Assembly (NCBI RefSeq): GCF_963921235.1
Contig: NC_086119.1
Span: forward strand, 34,100,001 to 34,164,000
Direction of reading: 5' to 3'
DNA: 64,000 nt
From: Mobula hypostoma
Taxonomy: Eukaryota
The number at the start of each line of letters is the position of its first letter. The first letter of the stretch is position 1. A program made the position numbers and the translations under genes. Shown piece after piece: positions 1 through 10,560 of this stretch. The notes under the pieces are model-generated. The model was not told where the DNA came from, did no database searches, and saw only the letters and a list, made by a program, of their open reading frames with translations.

Positions 1-62
1 ATGTTGATTTTTGCGATAAAAACATCAGTACAGTCACTGGAAGTGATTTCCTGGAAAATATT

Positions 63-296
63 CACAAACAAGAGATAGTCTGCAGATGCTGGAAATCCAA
101 GCAGCACACAAAATGCTGGAGGAACTCAGCAGGCCAGGCAGCATCAATGGAAAAGAGTACAGCCGAAGTTTCAGGCTGAGACCCTGGAGGAACTCAGCAG
201 GCCAGGCAGCATCTATGGAAAAGAGGACAGATGACGTTTTAGGTCGAAACCCTTCAGCAATCCTGCTGAGTTCTTCCAGTATTTTGTGTGTGTTTC
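63..296 (-). mobile_element. Penelope-like element 3' end fragments (tandem pair plus short inverted piece)
   Basis: ctgcagatgctggaaatccaagc...ggaggaactcagcaggccaggcagcatc, with the last part repeated (116-145 and 185-214). An inverted cctgctgagttcttccag follows. Confidence 0.8.
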
Positions 297-309
297 CTGG
301 GTAATATTC

Positions 310-777
310 CTGGATGAGGGGGTTAGACTGTGAGGAGAGATTGAACTGCCTGCGACTGTACTCACTAGAATATAGAAGAATGAGAGGAGAGCTTACAGAA
401 ACATATCAAATTATGAAAGGGGTAGTTAAGGTAGAGGCAGGAAAGTTGTTTCCTCTTGTAGGTGAGACTAGAACTAGGGGCCATAGCCTCAAGATTTGGG
501 GAGTAGATTTGGGACGGAGATGAGGAGGAATTTCTTTTCCCAGAGAGTAGTGAATCTGTGGAATTCTCTGCCCAATGAAGCAGTGGAGGCTACCTCAGTA
601 AATATATTTAAGACAAGGTTGGATAGGTTTTTGCATAGTAGGGGAATTAAGGGTTATGTGGAAAAGGCAGGTAGGTGGAGATGAGTTCATGGCCAGATCA
701 GCCATGATCTTATTGAATGGCAGAGCAGGCTCCATGGGCCAGATGGCCCTCTCCTGCTCCTCCTCCTTATGTTCTTA
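310..777 (+). mobile_element. CR1 (HER1-like) LINE 3' fragment
   Basis: Translates to CR1 ORF2 C-terminal motifs (LYSLEYRRMRG, TRGHSLK, RRNFFSQRVVNLWNSLP). Ends in ctcctgctcct...cttatgttctta. Confidence 0.9.
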
Positions 778-911
778 TAGATGATTTCATCAGTCACACT
801 TTGAGATGAAAATTAATTGGACAAATCAAGTCCAGGGATTGAACAGATTGCTTGGAGTGAAGGTTGCTGCAGTCCAGGGCTAATGCTCGAAACATTAATT
901 CTTCCATTAAA

Positions 912-992
912 CCAGCGGTTTCCAACCTTTTTTATGCCATGGACCAATACCATTAAGCAAATGATCTCTGGCCCATAGGTTTGGTAGCTCTG
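912..992 (+). mobile_element. Small hAT/MER5-like MITE remnant
   Basis: cagcggtttccaacctttttt...gccatggac...ggtttggtagctctg has imperfect TIR-like ends. A related copy lies at ~48418-48492. Confidence 0.5.
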
Positions 993-1669
993 TTTTTAAA
1001 TAAGTAACTTATTATCAAGCAAATAAAAATAAAGTAACTTAATTCTTGGATGATTTCAATTGTTAAAAATATATGTATGTCAAAATTCAAAGTTAATAAT
1101 ATTTTCTTTGTTCAAAATACAATACAAAGGGATTATTGGGGACAAAATATCCTGGTGCTTCTGTAGTTCAATATCATTGCTTTCATTTTGGTCACCATGG
1201 ACCAATTGGGCCAAAGGGTCTGATTCCATTTTGATTTACAATTTGACTCTATATATACATCTGGGTACACATAGTCTAAAAGACTCTTTCTCACATGTAA
1301 TATTTCTGTGAACATATTCACTGCTCATCATTAATATTGGGATGAATAATAAGAATATGCCTATAGAAAAATGTGACATTGTAAGCTATGATACAATTAT
1401 CCTATTGATATCTGGAAATGTAAACCAAGTGACAATGCTTCTCTGTATTTGAGGCAGGTGGTTTAGAATTCAGCTCCATTGGTGTAATAACAGTGCAATG
1501 CAGAGCTTATATCTTGGTCTTCAGTGCTTCCTCATACCTGAGTCCTCTATATCTGTAAAATATTAACTTGAACTGAATTAGTGCCCGTAGCTTAGTGAAT
1601 TGTAGTGTAGTCATTCTGTTTGACAATCTAGGCTCATACTATCTTCCCATCTCCTTCCAGTAAAAAAAA

Positions 1670-2012
1670 TTCTCTCCCCCTCCCCTTTTCTTCTGTTCTT
1701 TACTCTGACCTTATACCTCTTCTTACCTGTCTATCACCTCCCCCTGGGTACCCTCCTCTGTCCCTTTCCCCTGTGGTCCATTCTCCTCTCCTATTAGACT
1801 CTTTCTTCTCCAGCCCTTGACCTTTCCTTCCGACCTGGGTGGATTCACCATTACCTCCCATCTATTCTCCTTCCCCTCCCTCAACTTTTTATTCTGCTAT
1901 CTTCCCCCTTCCTTCTCTGTCCTGAAGAAGGGTCTCAACCCGAAACATCAACTGTTTATTAGTTTCTATGGATTTTGCTGATTTCCTCCAGCATTTTGTG
2001 TGTGTGTTGCTT
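1670..2012 (+). mobile_element. Penelope-like 3' UTR, older subfamily, with decayed hammerhead (~1918-1954)
   Basis: Pyrimidine-rich tract, then gtcCTGAAGAaGGGTctcaACCCGAAAcatc, then cagcattttgtgtg tail. Confidence 0.8.
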
Positions 2013-2914
2013 TATCATAAATTGACCAGTACTCCAGCAATTTTTCCTTCCACAACTTGATTTCTTCTTCAACTTCTCATGTCTTGATGCATGATCATTG
2101 GATGCAGTAACAAATTATTCGTAATATCTGAATGGGAATTGTTAATGACAGGAGTCTACTCAAGCATCATTCTTGGCCAATGTTGCACATGCCTTTCGAT
2201 AGTGAGTGAGAGAAGTCCATTTCTAACCATTGAGATAAATGATGTTTGACTTAGGATGGGAATTAGTGGGCATTCTTCTGATTAAAGTGTACGCTTAAAC
2301 GTGGAGCCCGAAAAAAAATTTGAAGGAAAAAGCAGGTGGTATTTTATCACCACGATCACTGCAGTTGCCATTGAGTTTTCTGTTCAAATGTTCTACGCTA
2401 CAATACGTTAAATGCTAAAATGGGTTGAGTTTTGAAGTCATCAATAAAAGGCATTGTAGATTTTGCTAAGTTCGGTACCGGAACTTGCCATGATTGTGGA
2501 GCCATATCTGTACGTATCCTCTGCAGATGATCTGAGGTCATTGTGAACAGGGCAAGTAACCCCTTAGCCAATGAACTCAAACATGGAAGAAAATTATCTG
2601 CACCTAGAAATGTTAATTAAGAAAACGTATTTCAATGCTACATTATGTACAGTAAGTGAAAGAGAGTGTGAACAAGGGACAATAAAGAAGAAAAACTATT
2701 AAGGCAATATATTTTTCTCTTTAAGACCTTTAACATTTTGGGACTTCACACTTATAAAAAGCAGATTTTCAGGATAAGAGTTGAGATTTGGCGACAATAA
2801 TAAAGTCATTAAAAATTAACTCGAGTTGGGACTCATCCATTCCCACATTATCTGGCAAGTTCAAAAAAAGTGCAGTAATTTAAGGCCTCACCTTGCATTA
2901 GAACGTGAAGCCTG

Positions 2915-3390
2915 TCAAAGTCAAGTTTATTGTCATATGTGCAAGTGCATGTATGCACATATGTAACAAAAACCTTACAGCAGTATCGAGTCATGTAAGT
3001 AACCTTCATGTAAAAATTAAGTATAAATTATACAGAATTTTTGCAAGAAAGTGCAATTGAAGCCAAACAGCCATTGTAATGCAAAATGGTCTCAGTAGTC
3101 ATCATGTTGCTACTAAACTATGATGGTTAGAATTTTGCTAGTCAGTTCAATAAGGGAAGTAGCTGTTCCTGAATGTGGTGGTGTAAGGCTTCAGGCTTCT
3201 GTACCTCCTGCTCACTGGTAGCTGTGAGAAAATGGCTTGGTCTGGATGGTGAGGATGTTTGACGATAGATGATACCTTCTTGAGGCAGCACTTCCTGAAA
3301 TTACAACCAACGGCGGGAGGGGAAGTGCCCATAATGTATTGGGTAGAGACCACTAATCTCTGCAGTTTCTTGTGTTCCTGCACATTGGAC
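2915..3390 (-). mobile_element. Rex/Babar- or L2-like LINE 3' fragment
   Basis: ORF 3147-3383 (KKLQRLV...HPHHPDQAIFSQLPVSRRYRSLK...FRNSYFP) has typical C-terminal motifs. AATAAA plus gacttt tail on the minus strand. Confidence 0.75.
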
Positions 3391-3540
3391 GCAAAATAAC
3401 AAGGATTTTGATTTTATTTTTTCAAAAGTGAGCATTGGTAGGCTCACAACAGGAATTCTGCAGATGCTGGAAATTCAAGCAACACGCATCAAAGTTGCTG
3501 GTGAACGCAGCAGGCCAGGCAGCATCTATAGGAAGAGGCG

Positions 3541-3578
3541 CAGTCGACGTTTCAGGCCGAGACCCTTCGTCAGGACTA
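3541..3578 (-). ncRNA. Minimal type I hammerhead ribozyme (PLE-type), core intact
   Basis: Reverse complement reads tagtc CTGACGA a gggt ctcg gcct GAAAC GTC gactg: conserved core, stems I and II, palindromic ACGT in place of stem III, GUC triplet. Confidence 0.8.
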
Positions 3579-3606
3579 ACTGAAGGAAGAGAGCTCTTCC
3601 TTCAGT

Positions 3607-3644
3607 TAGTCCTGAGGAAGGGTCTCGGCCTGAAACGTCGACTG
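3607..3644 (+). ncRNA. Minimal type I hammerhead ribozyme (PLE-type), core intact
   Basis: tagtc CTGAGGA a gggt ctcg gcct GAAAC GTC gactg. Confidence 0.8.
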
Positions 3645-6365
3645 CGCCTCTTCCTATAGATGCTGCCTGGCCTGCTGCGTTCACCAGCAACTTTGATTGG
3701 TAGGCTCACTATTATTTTCACTGCAAAATCCAGGTAATTGTATGAAATACTGATGTTAAAAAAATTATTCTTCATTGTGAAGTACTGCCTTTGCTAATTG
3801 ACTGCAGTAAAAAATGCCTTTAAATCTCACTTTAATTGACATTCAATGTTTAACTGGTATTGTTGAGAGATACCGTAATATAAAACAAATGTAGCTTTCC
3901 ATTTCTCTCCAGCTCAACATGTCTTTGTTTAGCTAATATTCTGTGCACTTTCAGTTGGTTGACTTCAAACAGTTCAATCCACTCAGGGAAAAAAAAATCT
4001 AATGGGAATTCTTCATCTATAGCTGAAAACATATTTAGCTTTTGACAGAAGTCTCACCACAATTTGTGAGTCATTAAGTATGTTAATGATGATACTGCCA
4101 TTTTGTTATGGTGCATGGTTAACAACTAACTGCTACTAGTTCTTCAAAACTCGAGAAACAAGGTTCAGACTCTGAAAAATGTTGTTGCCTTCAACAAGCG
4201 TACATTTCCTCTGTCTCCCTCATTGCATTGTGAACTTTTTCCCCCACCCTGAACAAATCTGTCATCAGTTAGGGCTGTTTTATTGAACTTGGCTTCTCCA
4301 AATGAGCCCAATTGTCTCAGTTGAAATGGATTCAGAGTGCTTGGCCCTGGCCATCAATTGCAATCCTTCAAATTTCAGCATGAATGCTTGATGCAGTATC
4401 CTTCCTTTAACTCGTGGTAAAGGTGGGACTGCAATTCCTGTCTTTCCCCTCACTGTGCGAGGACCTCATTTAGGGGTACCTGAGGAACGACAGCTGTGTG
4501 TATAGGAACTGAAAGAGTGCTGTTGATTAAATCATCATCAAGTCAAGACTGCAAAAAGTCAATTCTGCTTCCCGTCTTCAATGATCTCCTTTTATCTTAA
4601 AGTAATGAGGTATGGCACTTTTGCATCAAGCTGTATGCCGGCTTCCATTAACATACTCCATCTGCTTCACAAGCCAGGGGGAAGTCATTTCTGTGAGCTT
4701 GCATGGAGGCAATCAAAGCAATTTGGCACAAAGGGAAGAGAACAGCCCATTTCTAATGGATCACAACACCATTGAAGAGATTTATCTGTTTAAAATATAC
4801 AGTTTGTTTTGAAGAATAAAAATGCACTTTCCATGAAATTGCATGAATAAAACACTTCAATTTATGCTATTCAATATAAAACCATTTGGGGAGATATGTT
4901 GCTGTTTGTTGTGTCTATGCATACATTGACTACTGACAAAGTAAATTGTAGTATCAAAGAAACACATCACTCTACAAGTTTTCACCAAAATTAAATTCAG
5001 CACAAATTAATTCAGCTGCTATAGCATTTACAATTCGCACCTTGTGACGACTTGTGCAGACTCTAAGGCGCTTCCTGTAAGCCAGGCCTCGCATCACGCA
5101 ATTGGAGAAGCATGATTGATTAAGATGCCTTCTGGAACACCGTCTCTAAATCCCTCTGCCTTCTGATCTTCCTCCTTCTGGGAAATTTGGATTCTGAACT
5201 GAGAGAGAAGTTGGAAAATTTGTGGAAACCCCAACTGTAAAATTTTAAGACTAAAATGATCATGCTGGCCTTCCCTGTACTTCCTGCTCCCTGACCTCCA
5301 TTCAGAGTCTTGGGGAGAGACTGAGAAAGACGTGTTGTTATACTGTTCATCAAAGAATCTTTGAAACGGTAATAATTGGTTAATACCACTCTCTCGAAAG
5401 TAACTTGCTTCACAAACCTCATTCATAACACCATTCAGAAAATAAAAATGTTTAACAGATTTAATTAATATTTCCAGATCAAAAATTCAACTGCAACAAA
5501 AAAATACAGAAGATATTGATCTAAACACCAACACTAAGAGAGTCAGGAGAATAATATAGAGAATATGATAAGTCTATACAAGTTGGTTAAAAAGACATTA
5601 CCTTCTTTAATGTAGCTCCTGTAACTAGCACTCAGGCCCCAGACATGAAACCTTTTGAAATATTTTCCACAATTCATTTTATTATCTTTGCATAATTTAT
5701 GAGCTACTGGAGATCATTCATCTCTTCTAAGCACTGGCATATTAAGCTGTTGAGGGGACAGAATTGTAAATTCAGTGGCACATTCCTGATGAGCTGGCCG
5801 CAGGTCAGCAAAGCATTACTATGCCAGAAATTGAGCTGATGTCTCAGAGTCTACTGAGTCTCCAGAACAGCAGAGAGTTTTGTCAGGAGCCGTCCATGTG
5901 ATGATGGTGGCCAGATCGCAGTCTGTCAATCTTCTGTTGGCTGCAAGGAAAGCATATGTCTAGTTTACAGCTTGCTTACGTGATGGCCAATAATAGAACT
6001 TGCTTATTGGCTGGTTTCTTTTTCAGGAAATGAGGCTGTTTCTTGCAGGAACCGAGGCAATCAATTGGTCCTTTGGCCTGATGTCTCTGTACAGAATACG
6101 CAAAAGAAAAATGTGCATTTTCCATACATTTGAGAAACAGAACTATGTAAAACAAGCATTTTAAATTGTTCAGCATTTTGTAACTTTTCTTGTTCAATGA
6201 TTGAAATTAACCATTCCCTACATGTCATATATTGAACTGTTTTGCTGTCAAGAGCCAGATTATTCTTAAATCATGCAGAAATTTTAAAACCATATATAAT
6301 GACATCTTATGTTTCACCATGCTTTTAAAATGGGAATAACTATTAGAATTATACTTTCAACAAGT

Positions 6366-6856
6366 CCTTATATTCCGTCTGGGTAGCCTCCAACCTGATG
6401 GCATGAACATTGACTTCTCAAACTTCCACTAATGACCCACCTCCCCCTCGTACCCCATCTGTTACTTATTTTTATACACACATTCTTTCTCTCACTCTCC
6501 TTTTTCTCCCTCTGTCCCTCTGACTATACCCTTTGCCCACCCTCTGGGCTTACCCCCCTCCTTTTCTTTTTCCCTAGGCCTCCTGTTCCATGATCCTCTC
6601 ATATCCCTTTTGCCAAGCACCTGTCCAGCTCTTGGCTCCATCCCTCCCCCTCCTGTCTTCTCCTATCATTTCGGATTTCCCCCTCCCCCTCCCACTTTCA
6701 AATCTCTTACTATCTCTTCTTTCAGTTAGTCCTGACGAAGGGTCTCGGCCCAAAACGTCGACTGTACCTCTTCCTAGAGATGCTGCCTGGCCTGCTGCGT
6801 CACCAGCGACTTTTATGTGTGTTACTTGAAATCCCAGCATCTGCAGATTTCCTCGT
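6366..6856 (+). mobile_element. Penelope-like 3' fragment (ORF end, 3' UTR, mutated hammerhead, tail)
   Basis: Encodes LIFRLGSLQPDGMNIDFSNFH*. Hammerhead 6727-6764 has GAAA>AAAA. Ends with the tail cagcatctgcagatttcctcgt. Confidence 0.9.
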
Positions 6857-7559
6857 CCTTGGTTAATCTTGGTTTAAGTTAAGTAACCAGATTTTCCATT
6901 TGGGCTAGCTTGAGTTTGCCAAGAGTCATCCAAGTTCCTCATTCTTGATCACTAATAGCTAATTGTTCCTGTTGTATGTGGTGACAGATGTTGAAACAGT
7001 TGTCCTTCATGTTCAGATAGCCCGGTGGCATCCACTGTCAAGATGAAGTTATCAGATTATATTTTAGTGCTATGTGTATTACTGTATACATTAGCATCAT
7101 GGGATAATGTTACTGTACATGCTGATTGTGTTATGTGATCTCAACGCTCTGTGACTGTCCATTGTACATTGCTCCGTGTACAATGTTTCCACATAGAAGC
7201 TTGCAGAAGCTCTTTGTTTTCTTTAAAAAGAGACCCTGTTGTTAGTAAGTCCTGCTTTGCACAATATTCGTATTGGTTTATTATTATCAGATGTACCAAG
7301 ATGCAGTGAAAAGCTTGCCTCAGATACTATTCATACAGACAAAATCAATGCTCAGTGCACTGAGGGAGAACAAGGTAAAGCAATAACAACGTGGAATAAA
7401 GTGTAAAAACTACAAAGAGAGTGCAGTGCAGACAAATAATAAAGAGGAAGTTCGCAACAAGTTAGATTGTGAGGTCAAGAGTCCATCTTACTGTACAAGG
7501 GGTAGAATAGCAGGATATTCTCTCTAACATCAGGATTTCCTCTGTGAAATTGTGCTTAG

Positions 7560-7862
7560 AATACAGCTATGCCTGGCTTTGAGGTGGGGTTTGCTCGTTT
7601 CTGTACTGGACTGAAGCTGTGGCCTGCAACTAGTGGACCTCTGGATTGACTGAAGTGATGCCTGGCTTTGTGAACTTCAGTTCTGAATGCTGTTTGCTTG
7701 CTTTTATTGTTTGCACGATTTGTTTTTTTTTCTCTCTCTCTCTCTCTCTCTCTCTGGACACTAGGTGTTTGATGGTCCTCTTTTGTTTTAATGGATTCCA
7801 TTGGGTTTCTTTGTTTCGTGGCTGACTGCATACTTTGATTATAAATGTACTTAGAACTTTGT
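7560..7862 (+). repeat. Interspersed repeat 3' end with (CT)n microsatellite at ~7731-7755
   Basis: atgctgtttgcttgcttttattgtttgcacg...ttgggtttctttgtttcgtggc...ataaatgtactt. A related piece lies at ~28690-28780. Confidence 0.45.
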
Positions 7863-8661
7863 GCAAGTGAGAAAGGGCCAACATGTTGTACAATCTAAAC
7901 ACTATTTTCGATGATTTGCGTCCTCTTTTCAGCAACATATCTGAAAAATGATTCTTGCACTTTTAATTGGAACTTCAAGTTGCAATGATTTAAAATGCTT
8001 TCTATAAATGTAGATCACTTAGTATCGTACAAATTTCTTGTATCATTCTTGTTTACTTCCCTTTATATGACAAAGAAGCATCAAAATTACCTTTCAGCCA
8101 CCATGTCTATGCTGACCCGAGATGCCAATCTAAGTTAGTTCTATCCATTAAGTAGTATCTCATAATTTCCAAAACTGTATTGATCCTTTTGCAACTGCTA
8201 CTCCTTAACTGCCACTTTAGTGTTCTTGGTACACATTGGTATTGAAGCAATATTTTTTGTTTATTTATTGAAACAAATCCATCACAGTGCCCTTCATGAA
8301 AGAATTATGAAAGCAAAGAAACATTGGTGCCAAGTCATACATGGAGATGTTTGCATAGATGCCTACAGGCTAAGTAAAAGAAACATACACAAAACATGCT
8401 GGTGGAATGCAGCAGGCCAGGCAGCATCTATAGGAAGAGGTACAGTCGACGTTTCGGACTGGGACCCTTTGTCAGGACTAACTGAAAGAAGTTTTGAAAG
8501 TAGGGGGGGCAGATCTGAAATGATAGAAGACAAGAGGGGGAGGGATGAAGCTGGAAAGTTGATTGGCAAAAGGGATACAGACTGGAGAAGGGGGATGATC
8601 ATGGGATGGGAAGCCAGGGGAGAGAGAGAAGGGGGGAGGGGAGCCCAGAGGGTGGAGAGCA

Positions 8662-8794
8662 NNNNNNNNNNNNNNNNNNNNNNNNNNNNNNNNNNNNNNN
8701 NNNNNNNNNNNNNNNNNNNNNNNNNNNNNNNNNNNNNNNNNNNNNNNNNNNNNNNNNNNNNNNNNNNNNNNNNNNNNNNNNNNNNNNNNNNNNN
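8662..8794. other. Assembly gap (133 N)
   Basis: Run of N inside the purine-rich PLE UTR. Confidence 0.99.
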
Positions 8795-8808
8795 GGGGAG
8801 GAGGGGCA

Positions 8809-10560
8809 TTGGTAGAAGTTAGAGAAGTCGATGTTCATGCCATCAGGTTGGAGGCTACCCAGACAGAACATAAGTTGTTATTCCTCCAACCTGAGTGTGG
8901 CTTCATCTTGACAGCAGAGGAAGCCGTGGATAGACATATCAGAATGGGAATGGGACGTGGAATTAAAATGTGTGGCCACTGGGAGATCTTGCTTTCTCTG
9001 GTGGACAGAGCATAGGTGTTCAGCGAAATGGTCTCCCAGCCTGCGTCGGGTCTCACCGATATATAGAAGGCTGTACCGGGAGCACCAGACACAGTATAGC
9101 ACCCCAGCCGACACACAGGTGAAGTGTCGCCTCACCTGGAAGGACTGTCTGGGGCCCTGAATGGTGGTGAGAGAGGAAGTGTAAGGGCATGTGTAACACT
9201 TGTTCCACTTACACGGATAAGTGCCAGGAGGGAGATCGGTGGGAAGGGATGGTGGGGACGAATGGACAAGGGAGTCACGTAGGGAGCGATCGCTGCAGAA
9301 AGCAGAAGGAGGTGGGGAGGGAAAGATGTGCTTGGTGATGGGATCCCGTTGGAGGTGGTGGAAGTTACGGAGAATAATATGTTGGACCCGGAGGCTGGTG
9401 GGGTGGTAGGTGAGGACAAGGGGAACCCTATTCCTAGTGGCGTGGCGGGAGGATGGAGTGAGAGCAGATGTGCGTGAAATGGGGGAGATGCGTTTGAGAG
9501 CAGAGTTGATGGTGGAGGAAGGGAAGCCTCTTTCTTTAAAAAAGGAGCACATCTCCTTCGTCCTGGAATGAAAAGCCTCATCCTGAGAGCAGATGTGGCG
9601 GAGATGGAGGAATTGCGAGAAGGGGATGGCATTTTTGCAGGAGACAGGGTGGGAAGAGGAATAGTCCAGGTAGCTGTGAGAGTCCGTAGGCTTATACTAG
9701 ACATCAGTAGATAAACTGTCTCCAGAGATAGAGACAGAAAGATCAAAAAAGGGGAGGGAGATACTGGAAATGGACCAGGTAAACTTGAAGGCAGGGTGAA
9801 AGTTGGAGGCAAAGTTAACGAAGCCAACGAGTTCAGCATGCGTGCAGGAAGCAGCGCCAATGCAGTCGTCGATGTAGTGAAGGAAAAGTGGGGGACAGAT
9901 ACCAGTATAGGCTTGGAACATGCATTGTTCCACAAAGCCAATGAAAAGGCAGGCATAGCTGGGACCCATATGGGTGCCCATGGCTACACCTTTAGTTTGG
10001 AGGAAGTGGGAGGAGCCAAAGGAGAAATTATTAAGAGTAAGGACTAATTCCGCTAGACAGAGGAGAGTGGTGGTAGAGGGGAACTGGTTAGATCTGGAAT
10101 CCAAAAAGTAGCGGAGAGCTTTGAGACCTTCCTGGTGGGGGATGGAGGTATATAGGGACTGAACATCCATGGTGAAAATAAAGCGGTGGGGGCCAGGGAA
10201 CTTAAAATCATTGAAAAGATTCAGAGCATGAGAAGTGTCACGAACATAGGTGGGAAGGGATTGAACAAGGGGGGATAAAACAGTGTCAAGGTATGCAGAA
10301 ACGAGTTCGGTGGGGCAGGAGCAAGCTGAGACAATAGGTCTGCCAGGACAGGCAGGTTTGTGGATCTTGGGTAGGAGGCAGAAACAGGAAGTATGGGGTG
10401 TGGGAACTATAAGGTTGGTAGTAGTGGATGGGAGATCCTTTGAGCTGATAAAGTTGGTGATGGTGTGGGAGACAATGGCCTGGTGCTCCTTAGTGGGGTC
10501 ATGATCGAGGGGTGAATAAGAGGAGGTATCCGCGAGTTGACGCTGTGCCTCGGCAAGGTA
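8809..10560 (-). pseudogene. Disrupted PLE ORF: reverse transcriptase, Cys linker, GIY-YIG endonuclease
   Basis: RT motifs MDVQSLYTSIP, QTKGVAMGTHMGPSYACLF and YIDD. Linker CKWNKCYTC. Endonuclease GVLYCVWCSRYSLLYIGETRRRLGDHFAEH. Broken by in-frame stops. Confidence 0.92.

Larger units (their letters stand above)
3448..3695. mobile_element. Fold-back mini-Penelope element with 14-bp TSD
   Basis: 104-bp inverted arms (3488-3591 / 3594-3697, 1 mismatch). Flanked by attggtaggctcac at 3434-3447 and 3696-3709. Confidence 0.92.

Noticed and set aside
8220-8871. Long ORFs spanning X residues
   Set aside because: Artefacts of the N gap.
9132-10047. 274-aa ORF and plus-strand ORFs overlapping the PLE
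   Set aside because: Alternative-frame or antisense shadows of the RT ORF.
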